This document shows, one piece after another, positions 14,515 through 24,507 of a DNA stretch of 64,000 bases. The position numbers were made by a program, and so were the translations under genes. Each line of letters opens with the position of its first letter. The stretch's first letter is position 1. Under the pieces are notes generated by a model. The model saw only the letters and a list, made by a program, of their open reading frames with translations. It did no database searches and was not told where the DNA came from. Origin of the DNA: Lama glama (taxonomy: Eukaryota); NCBI GenBank assembly GCA_028534125.1, contig CM052818.1:4032001-4096000 (forward strand), read 5' to 3'.

Positions 14515-15479
14515 TGAACAGCCAGGGCTGGGAAATTCCAGCGAAGTAGGTAACTCCCAAACTGCCCACCAATGTCTGCCTTTTTAAAGCTCTATTTTTC
14601 ACAAGCTACTAGTTAGGAAGTCACTCCAACTGTAGAACAAGGATGTCATTTATGTTGTTTCTTTGCTTACTATAGTGATTTTCCAGAGTGAACAATTCTG
14701 CAATTTGTAGGTACTGTTCGTTTTTGTGTTTCCCCACTTTCTAAGTTCACGATCCCACCCTAGCCATTCCTGATGGCGACGTTACACAAATTACTCAAAT
14801 GAAACTTTATTCTCTACATTTCTTTTTAATCCAAGAATTTCTCAATGCACCTAAAGATAACTAGAAATACACAACTCATAGTTTTGATGGAGTTTTAGGC
14901 AAGGTGTAATGTAAAAAACAGCAGTGAGCCCTGGTAATTGGGCACAGAGATTTCTGAGCCTCGTTCCTCCTGAATCTCTGGAAACTGGCACCAGTTCTAA
15001 AGTGGGGGAGATAGAAAGTCATATGGCTGCTTTTCCTCAAAGCAGGTCCCCAGCCTCTGTCCTGGCCTCTAGTCTTATTTCCATTCCGTGGGTGGAAGGA
15101 TTCAACAAGCAGGGCAGAGATGAAAAAGCTCTGAGTGGGTGCCCAACTCAGGTCATTAGGGTGGACTTTACCATCAGGGGAGGTTTAGGAATTTTAGATA
15201 CTGATGACCACAAGCCGTTTGTGCAGAACAAGCATCATGCAATCTTTTTAAGGGGTGGAAATTGAAATCTCAAGAGTGACATAGAGCAAATAACAGGGAC
15301 TATTTACAGAGCGGCCAAGTGGTAAATTTTCACTACTGAGTAATGAACTTCACTGATACCAGGTTATGTGGTTGGGTCTCAGCCTCGATAAAGGAGTTTG
15401 CTGGGGTGTGTCAACGCTCTGGACATGGCCTTTTCCAAAGCGATCATTCTGGAAAGAGATTTCCACACCTTAAAGCCAG

Positions 15480-15485
15480 TATAAA
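15480..15485 (+). promoter_or_regulatory. GKN2 TATA box
   Basis: TATAAAGGGG 65 nt upstream of the ATG. Confidence 0.8.
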
Positions 15486-15544
15486 GGGGAGAAGTTGCAC
15501 TGGGCAGCCTCACTCACTCCAGATGCTTCTTCCTTTCAGGCAAA

Positions 15545-15556
15545 ATGAAAATCCTT
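15545..15556 (+). CDS. GKN2: GKN2 coding exon 1 (MKIL)
   Basis: ATG AAA ATC CTT followed by donor gtgagt. Confidence 0.93.
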
Positions 15557-18500
15557 GTGAGTATTTCTTTTTGCTTCTTTATACTCTTAGGGTGGCTGCT
15601 TGCAGAGAACGCTCATATCCCATATGCCTCGGCTCTGAGGGGTCTTAGACGAACTTTGTGCTTCCAAGCTTTGGGGATGGAATTAATGATGCTGCCAGCA
15701 GGAATAGCGTTGACTATTAAGTCTTTATTTATTTGTCCATTGTCTGGTTTTTTTTTTTGAGATATTTACTAAAAAGTACAAAGAAAAAAATTGGAAATAT
15801 CTAGAGAATTTTAATCTGTAATATTTTAATAATAATAATTCCTTACCATGAACTTTGGAGGGAATGTAGGCATTTTAGGACAACAACATTTACTATTTAA
15901 AAGAGAAGTGGTATTTTTAAAATAATAATAGTAATGTCGATAATAATAATAGCAGCTGTTATTTCCCAAGTGTGTCCTAGGCCTTATGCTAAACATTGTA
16001 CATGAATCACTTCATCCATTCACTTCAAGTACACTATGAGCTGAGTAGTAATTGCCCCATTCTACAGGCAAAGAGATCGAGGCACAAAGGAATGTGATTT
16101 CCCCAAGCCTGCAAATGTGGGATTTAGGCTTGAAATGTACTCATCTTAGACTCCACTTATGGGAGCAATCATGGCAAAGCAATCTGGCCATGACCACTCC
16201 AGCTCAGCCCGGCTGGGATCCCAGTCTCCCGGAGTTCCACATCACAGTGCTCCATGGACAGAGGACCATGTGCTGATCCAGAAAGGACTCCTTCCTGCCT
16301 CCCTTACTCTCACTGAGCTGTTGCGGGAGAAAGCAAAATAGGGACCTCCCCATGAGGTGTTAAAAGACTGTCAGCTTAAAGAGCTCCCTCTCCCAGGGTC
16401 TCTTGATCTTCCAAGAGGATACCTAACCCTGAACACAAATCTGTAACCAGAGTGTTTAATCATGGTGTTGGGGGAACGTTGTTTGGGGGCACGGGACACT
16501 TCTGAGTTCTAGTTGTACTACTATGGTGGGCAGCCCTCCCTGTTCAGCTACCTGTACAAATCTCTGTACTAGACTCATTAAATAGAATACATAGGCATAT
16601 GAGAGATTACCAGAGCCTTCTGGGAGTCTGGGTTGTCCCTGCGAGAGCAGGCAGGTTGGATATCTGCACACAGGTCCTCCTTAGATGCTCCACAGACACC
16701 AGGAAAGAAATGTTATCGGCAAGATGGAAAGTAAGTAAGAAAGTCCCACTGACAGAGCCTAAAGCTATCTGTCTTCTGCAGACCTCCCCCGTCAGCAGTT
16801 TCAGTGACCGTGCAGTGTACTGTGATGTCCAGATGACAGAGCACACAACCGAGTAAGACTCACATAACTGCAGTGTCAGGAGTGCCGCAGTGTCAGTCTT
16901 ACGGTCTGCTGAACTGACACTGGTCTGACAGTGTCACGGAGGAGAATTTGGAGGTTTTCCTTGCTGTCAGCTTCAAAAGTTAGTCATGCCCTGAAGCATC
17001 TGATTTTCATAGTTTCCTCTAGGACTTTTCCCGTTGTGTCTCGATCACCCATGAGTCCACCTTAAATCAGTTTTACTCTCAAATGTTTTAAAATCAGAAA
17101 ACACAACTTGACTCCTGTAATCCAAAGCCAGTGTGAAGAACACCAGGGTATTTCCCATAGTTAAAGGAGTCCTTGCCCACTGCTCACCTCCCCCAGCTTT
17201 GTTGCTGGCGTAAGAACACATGCTTTCTAGAAGGTTATAATGTTGGGAAGGGTTGGGAATTGGGTAACAAAGGTAGAATCTGTGTCTGAAAAAATAGCAC
17301 GTCGAAGGAATGCATGTGTGTTTCATATGTTGGAGATGGACAGTTGAACATCCGTGACTTCCCATCAGTGGCTCTAAGTATATGTTTTCTGAGATACTTG
17401 TGCTTGTGCTGTCCAGCGTGACCTCACATCCCCACCCTCAATGGCAGTCCCATTGGGAATGGATGTGACCAGTCTGTTTTTCAGGTGATATTTCTGGTGG
17501 TGTTGGCCATCTTTGGGACACATGGAAATGAGGTGAGCTGGTTCATTATGGACTTTCTGTCTTGGAGATACTGGGAGAGGAACAAGAAGATCCAAGATAA
17601 TTTGCAGGACAGTAGGGAGTCCACATGTCCTATTTGGGATGGAATCCCCAGAAATAACCAAGAACAGAAACAATGAAGTTGATTATTTCTTTCTAATCAC
17701 AATATCTTTAAAAAAGGCATTGCTTTAAAATGGGGTCAATCTCATTTCTTGTGTGATGTCTTTGCTTCTCCCATATGTAGTATAGTGAACTATGAGGAAG
17801 ACCTTTGCATTCTTATTTTAGCATGGGTTTTTGGTCTTAGATGCCAGTGGAGAGGTTTCAGAGTTCAATCAGAGAGGTTTCAGAGTTCAATCTCATATTG
17901 AAAGCAGTGAAAGTCTTTATTTGCTGGGAAGGTGGTCATTCAAATGCACATGATTTATGAAAAAACCATTATGTCTTTGTCAATCTAGGTTTATAACATC
18001 ATCAGCCCAACCAATGATGGTGGCCAAGTTCAGGAGACAATGACAATTGACAATGAAAAAAATACTGCCATCATTAACATCCATGAAGGATCATTGTCCT
18101 CTACCACGATTTTTGACTATAAACATGTAAGCAGCAATATTTTATATTCCTTAAGAACGGATTTCTAAAGAGTGGAGGGGTAGTTATTTATTATGCATTT
18201 GAATTCCAAGATCTACCCTTACAATTTTTCCAGAATTTCCTTCCTTCTTCTTTTCCCTTTAAATAGTCAAGCAATTGATTAAAAAACAAACAAAACTATT
18301 TCTAGTAAACAATGTGATGAGAGACCGGAAACATACAAATTTGCTTGCCCTTTCTATGTAGAAAGTGTAATATTGTGTCACTGCAGTTGCAGAAGGTGCC
18401 TAGAAGGGTGACCAAAACCTAAGGCAAGGTTTGGCTCATAGGCTCTCGAAAATATTTGTCAAATAAATAAATGAATGAAGTAGGGATTTTAATACAAAAA

Positions 18501-21500
18501 TTATGCAGAAAAAGAACAATCATGAAACAAGCAGTCACAAAATAGCAGAATCCAGAACAACAATATGCATTTAACCACGCACACACGATATGCAGTAAAT
18601 CATACTTCTTCTGTAAGAATGGAAGTATGTTAACTAAAAACATTAAACTATTTCCAAGTTTCAGTTACCAGTATTAACAATAAGTGTCAGATTATGCTGT
18701 ACGCCAGAAACTGACACAACATTGTAAACTGATTATACTTCAATAAAAAACAAATGCCTCAGAAAGCTGATTCTGTCCTTTACCATTTATTCATTTGTTA
18801 GTTCCCCTTGATGGTGAGCCTGATTTTATCTGTGGGTAGAAGTGGGCTGTAGTCCATCTCACTGGACATTTGAACAGATTTTTCTCCTTTTCTTGTAGAA
18901 ACCTCCTCCCATGCCTCCACCGCATTGGTGCTGGGAGTTCCATGACACATGTGAAAGCACAGAGCCTTAGAAAGACACAATCTAAAAGGAAATTTCGCTG
19001 AAATTGTTTTGCAGCAGATGTCAGTTCAGGGAAACCTCAAAAATATCTTTAAAAAAAACAAAACTGCATGGTGAGGATTTGATTTAAGCTTCTTCCACCA
19101 TCTTCAGGCTTGGCCTCAGTCAATTTTTGAATTTTAGCAACTGGCAATTTGTGAGAACTGGAAAACAGGAACTAGAAGGGTTTATATTATATCAACCTTA
19201 TAGGCTGTATAATTATTTGGAACTATGTAGAGAAAATGCCACTCTGGATGAAGATTAGATGGCCTTAGGTGCCTTTTGGCTCCAAGGTGCTCACCCATCC
19301 ATTGCTCTTCCAATTCCCTCCTCCCTCCAACCCATCCTCATCCAGCCAGCATCGGTTTGAGGTGGAGAAAGGATGGGGAGACGATGGTAAAGGAGGGGAA
19401 TATCCATGAAACAGGTATGTATAGGGGGGAGCATAGGCGTGTTGAGGCGAGTGTCTAAACAGAACTTTCTGCAACGATGGAAAAATGGTTCTATGTCTGT
19501 GTTGTCCAATAGGGAACTCACTAGCCACTTGTGGCTACTGAGCACTTAAAACGTGTGACAGAGGAAGTACATTTAACATTTTATTTAATTTGAACTTAAA
19601 TTTAAAATCACCCCATGTGGCTAGTAACTAACATATTGGGAAGCACAGTTCTACAAAATACTGTATTTACTTCAAATTGAGGAAGAGGCAGAAAATGCAA
19701 TTCATAGAGACGGAGAGCTGCTGCTTCTTAAACTTTTCAGCCCCCGAAACAAGGACAGTGGAGCGCAAACCATGGGTTTGCTCAAATTCAGAGACAGAAA
19801 TGACAGGTGACGAAGTAAAAATACCGTGGAAAGGGAGCCGAACGCGCGCGAGGGACGGCAGACGGCACGGCCGGCCCCGGCGCTCAGTGCGCATGCTCGC
19901 GGCTCCGCGCCAGGCTCCGCCCCAGGACCGGGCGGGGCGGTAACCGCGCTCTTGCCGCTTCAGGGCTACATCGCGACCAGGGTGCTCTGCCGAAGGGCCT
20001 GCTACATCCTGAAGATGAACCATCAAGCCATCCCTGCTCTGGACCAACTCAAACGGTACATCTTCGAGAGGCAGGTAATTCTGGGGGGACCTTAAGCGTT
20101 CCCTGTTTGTGAGCCAGGGAATCGTGGTTTCCATGGAGAAATGAAGAGGGTAAGGGGGAAGCCCCTCGTATGAGCCTTACCGTGGATGCGGCACTCTCCA
20201 CTTATTAAAGCATTTTCACCTTTACTGGGTTTGAGAGCAGGAATACATCTCTTAGCTTGGTTCTACCGTGCAGCCCCCAATACAAGAACTTATAATAAAT
20301 TCCAGTGTCTTTGTAGAAAGGACTGAACGGCTTCTCTTCTTAGAGCAGGGCTCTGAGAAATACTGATGGGCAGAAAAATGAGTGAAGTTATGCTAGCTAA
20401 TGACACAGAGGTGCAAAGAAACATCCGGGTTAGCGAGAATACACAAACGCTGCTTGAAACTGGGAACCTGGGGTTGAATTCTTCCTCCATATCTTCTCAT
20501 TCGTGCCGCCTTTGGCACCAGACTCACCCTCTTTGGGTTTCATTGCCACCAGTTGTAAAATAATATTGGAAATAATGAGGCTCCTTTACAGACCAAGTGG
20601 TCAGAAAGAGATGATGTCTTGAGATCCCTGGCCACCTTCTGTTTAATAATCTGGAAGAGAAAATGTCAGTTTAGAATAAGGTGCACCAGACTATGTCAGG
20701 TGATTTCACGCTATCCCACTCTATCGTCCTGATCTAGACTCTGAACAACATGCTCTCCAGCAAATACATCTGGGTCAGGTACAACCCACTGCAGTCTCTG
20801 ATCACAGATGTGAGCTGGTTCCTGTTTGGCTCGCCCATCAAGCACCTCTGTGAACACGTCCCCTTGTATAAGGGGGAAGTGGTTGAAAAGACACGTGAGT
20901 ACCAATGAACCATTCCTTCACAAGTATTTTCCGAAAGCTCCAATGTGCCAGACACTAGGTGTTGTGCGAGGTACAAATAAACATGAAACAGGACTCGATG
21001 TGGTTTTAACTTCGGGAATTAAATACCTAACACGTGTGGAAATAGTGCTAAATGTTAGAATGATACAGAAATGAATAAAACTTTGCTCCCAAAGAGCAAA
21101 TAGTTTAGAGGAGAGATTGATGAGTTCACACAGAGGATGGAATAAAAAAAGATTCCTGGGTACCAAGGGAAAATCTATTGGGTTCTCTCATGTACAGAAT
21201 GGTAACTCTAGCTGATAACGTGGTCTTGCGTACTTGAAAGCTACAGAGAGTAGATAGTAAGCATTCTTAGCAAATACACACATAAAAGAGTTACTGATGC
21301 TAATATGTGAGGTGATGGATGTGTTACCTTGATCTTTTACAATGTATTTGTGTATCAAACCATCCCATTGAACACTTTAAATATATACAAATATATTTGT
21401 CCATTATTTCTCAAAAAATTAAAAAAAAATATACTCAGAATCTAGGATAAAACTGGTCCAAGAAAAAGCAGGCAAATGGACTGGCAGATGGGGAATAAAA

Positions 21501-22106
21501 ACCCTAATTCTTACAGGTAGCATATGTCACTGAGGTAGTTACTGGTATTTTTACTCAAAATTTATAAATAGGGCAATGTGGCCAGAGTGAAAGAGAGGCT
21601 GGGTCACAGATGGTGAAGACAACAACAAGAGAAACTCCCCCAGAGTTGTGGGAAGTAGATAAAGAAGAAAAGAATTAGCATGGATTACCTTTCTATTGCC
21701 CAGAAAAAAAAATTAGGACATTTTTCTTTTAATAAGGTCATTAGTATTTATAAGTAAAGTCACACAGGCATGCATGCCATCAATGCAAATTGTCATGACA
21801 GCAATTGACTTGAGCCAGACAGCACTTGCAGGAATTGTCAGTCTCATTTAATTCAATTTAATATATTATTATTCTTTACAATAAAAGTATAACTAAAATC
21901 TTGGGTAACATGAAATTACATGTACAACCCTTAGTCAAGACATTTACAGAAGGGCACTGGTTTGCTTAATTCTAATAATATCTTTCTTAATACCCTTTCT
22001 TTAAAAAATTTCCCCCTTTTCAGATTATGACAGTGCTAAAGGCTGTGCCAAGGCTGGGCTCCGGAGCATCTTTGACATTTCCATCTGCGCAGACCTTCAC
22101 ATTTAA
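15545..22106 (+). CDS. GKN2: Gastrokine-2, 6 coding exons: join(15545..15556,17485..17532,17989..18126,19964..20074,20738..20894,22024..22106), 182 aa
   Basis: The spliced translation [182 protein letters not shown] is colinear with human GKN2 as I recall it. All introns are GT-AG with phases 0,0,0,0,1. A TATA box lies upstream. Confidence 0.97.
15940..16150 (-). mobile_element. MIR SINE in GKN2 intron 1
   Basis: 'ccccattctacaggcaaagagatcgaggcaca'. Confidence 0.6.
17485..17532 (+). CDS. GKN2: GKN2 exon 2 (signal peptide, [16 protein letters not shown])
   Basis: Acceptor tttttcag, donor gtgagc, hydrophobic signal core. Confidence 0.95.
17989..18126 (+). CDS. GKN2: GKN2 exon 3 (VYNIISP...TTIFDYKH)
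   Basis: Acceptor tctag, donor gtaagc, 46 codons matching GKN2. Confidence 0.97.
18691..18750 (+). mobile_element. About 60-nt L1 3'-tip insertion in GKN2 intron 3
   Basis: attatgctgtacgccagaaactgacacaacattgtaaactgattatacttcaataaaaaa matches the extreme 3' end of the L1 copies elsewhere in the window. Confidence 0.8.
19449..19648 (+). mobile_element. MER3-like hAT-Charlie MITE
   Basis: 'agaactttctgcaacgatggaaa...ctagccacttgtggctactgagcactt...atgtggctagt'. Confidence 0.8.
19964..20074 (+). CDS. GKN2: GKN2 exon 4 ([18 protein letters not shown]...ERQ), BRICHOS
   Basis: Acceptor cttcag, donor gtaatt, contains the first conserved BRICHOS Cys. Confidence 0.97.
20738..20894 (+). CDS. GKN2: GKN2 exon 5 (TLNNMLSSK...[16 protein letters not shown])
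   Basis: Acceptor tctag, donor gtgagt (phase 1), contains the second BRICHOS Cys. Confidence 0.97.
21195..21430 (+). mobile_element. L1MA-type 3' end in GKN2 intron 5
   Basis: 'acttgaaagctacagagagtagat...tgtgaggtgatggatgtgtt' plus A tail. Confidence 0.7.
22024..22106 (+). CDS. GKN2: GKN2 exon 6 ([26 protein letters not shown])
   Basis: Acceptor ctttttcag, C-terminal Cys pair, TAA at 22104-22106. Confidence 0.95.
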
Positions 22107-24211
22107 GGCATCAGCCCACGGTCTCATCTTTTCAAAGAAATACGCCCTTGGTTTCTACTCCACAGCCAACTTCATTTCTTTCTCAATGCCCCAACTCACT
22201 TTGAGATTCAGTAGTAAAACATAAATACTCTATTTATACATAGCTGGGTACTTGCTTTTTTTTTTTTTTTTTGTAAACAGCAAAAGGGAGCCAAATAATG
22301 TTTATGTCAATATATAAAGGGGAAGAAATTTCCAGGATTTCAAGTACACAAGTAGTGTGAAAATTCCCTGGTAATATAGGTGAGTCACATTTAGGCTGGT
22401 CAGCTGTGTACAAGTCTCCATTTTTGCATCTGACTACTTAGACCAGCTGTCCATCTGTCCGTCCAGCACACTGGGGCAGTGTAGATAGAGCAGGAGCTCA
22501 GGCAGCAGTGACCTCCACTAGTGAGGGGGGATGGGTTAGCTATACCCTTGTCGGACAACTCAGATGCTCAGATGAAGGGAACTTTGAGGGCCATTCTCAT
22601 GCCTTTTAGCTCATTAAAGCAGTAGATTCAACTTTAATAAACTCTATCCTGATATATTTTGTCCCAGAGTGAGGAGAGAGAGGGAAGAACACCCATCACC
22701 CAGGAGTGAGAACCTAACTGGGAATGGCAGGTCAATACATAGAAGGAAACCAATTTCTAATATTTCAAATAAATTGCATACTGTGGGCAAATTCCCAGAT
22801 CATAGAGTTGGTTCCCATGTGCACCGGTCAGCAAGTGCAAGTTCAGAACAAGGAGGAACTCCTTTAACAAGAATTTCTATTTGCCATCAACTGCTCCTGT
22901 TCCTGACACTGACATCTGCTCCTTAACAACCACTGATGAACTTACATAAAGCCCGTGGCATGTGTTCGGCGCTGGGATCGATGTGCTGGCATCGTGCTGC
23001 CTTAGTAAAGAAAGTGATTTGCTTGTAAAGAAGTGAGTCATTTATATGAGAACATTTGATAGCAACAGTAAAGAGGGTCTAATCAAGTGACAAACAGACG
23101 GTGAAGTGTACTAGCTGGAACCCTAGTGTTGGCAAGTGATGGAACCCAAATCCAGATAACTGGCCGAGGGGAGGCAGAGGCGGGGCTGGAGTTTACAGTC
23201 TCATCTCAGCACAGAAGGGTAACTCTGGTCGTGGTTGGGGAGCTAGAGCGAGGCCTGTCTCGTCTGATACTCCCCTGAGTGCGCCGTGCACCTGCCTCAT
23301 CCCTGACACGCTGCGTGTGACCAAATCCACAGTTTCAGAGCCTCTGGCTGGTCCAACTAGAACCTATTTAAGCCCAGTTAGAGGTTTATCTTGGGCCTTT
23401 CACCTTTCCGTTCGTGACCGTAGGCAGTCACACCGCATCACGGCTCTGCGGGACTTGCGCTCAGCTTGGTCTTGGGCATCCTGGTGCTGAGACCACCCCG
23501 AGCCCCCCGACTCCACGCAGATGCATTGCTCAACACTCCCGCCCCCATCCCGCCCCCGTCGCACACTATTTACCCCAAACTCCAACACGACCTTTAGTGG
23601 ACACCTGTGTCTGTATTTCCAATACTTCCTCCTCGTTTATTCTTCTGTCTAAGGTGACGGACCCAGGGATGCCCTGTGTGCTGTGGGCAGGGCTGGCTCT
23701 GTGTCCTCCCAGCTGCAGGAGTGGACAGTTAAAGAACCAGTGCAAAGAGGGCAGGTCCCTTATTCAGTTGTAACAGAGAGATACGCCTGGGGGCTATGGC
23801 AAAGAAGTTTAGACCAGTTCCACAGAGAGGTCTGGGAAGCCTCCTTCCACTTGGCTGTCTCTCAGGGACTCTCACAGTGCAGGCCAGGCCACCCCAGCGA
23901 GCAGGCTTCTGTAGAACTCAGCACTCGTTTGCAGAAGACAGAGATGCTGGCCTTAGACCCGAAGGCTTGTCTGTGCTTTGACTAGTGTCTTTTTGTTATT
24001 CACTTATTTATTTTTGGCCCAGATTCTCAAGGGATTCTTCAAAGGACACCCCAAAGAGAGAAGCCCTTAGAAATAAGATGCTCTGGGACCTCCTCCTTTG
24101 CACCAGCTGGTGTGCAGTGGCATGGACTGTGCATGGGTGGGGATCTGCTAACTCGAGAGAGGACAGGGCAGGCAGTGGGGTTCATCTGCTGAGCCAGGGA
24201 GGCAAAAAAAC

Positions 24212-24217
24212 TTTATT
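24212..24217 (-). terminator. GKN3 polyadenylation signal AATAAA
   Basis: tttatt on + strand, about 195 nt downstream of the GKN3 stop. Confidence 0.75.
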
Positions 24218-24412
24218 GTTCTAAGCCACAGGGAGAAAGGGTACCCAATTTTTAGATCACAAAGCTGGTTCTTTGGTCAAAGGTAGAAGGTAGAGGACTG
24301 AAATGAGCATCTTCCCATCAGTAGACAGTGGGCTGGGTGGCCCCCGAGCAATGGTTTGGGGCCAGTGGCCCCATCCATGCAGGTCCTCTCTCCACATGGC
24401 CAACCTGGAGGT

Positions 24413-24507
24413 TCAGAGCCCAGGGATCTCCCCACAGATAGAGAGTCCCAGGAAGGACAGAAGTTGGATTTCAGAACAGGAATCAGGGTTGGTAGCCAGT
24501 GCAGAAC
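24413..24507 (-). CDS. GKN3: GKN3 exon 6 ([10 protein letters not shown]...SICGEIPGL*)
   Basis: Acceptor ttcttcttaaag, C-terminal Cys pair, TGA at 24415-24413. Confidence 0.95.

Noticed and set aside
13898..14602. 234-aa ORF in the track
   Set aside because: Artefact of translating through the 500 Ns and the duplicated 38-mer.
1..15400. GKN1, expected divergently upstream of GKN2
   Set aside because: No GKN1-like exons (for example MKFT, NNGWDSWNS or MCRGIPTY) were found on either strand, so it probably lies left of the window.
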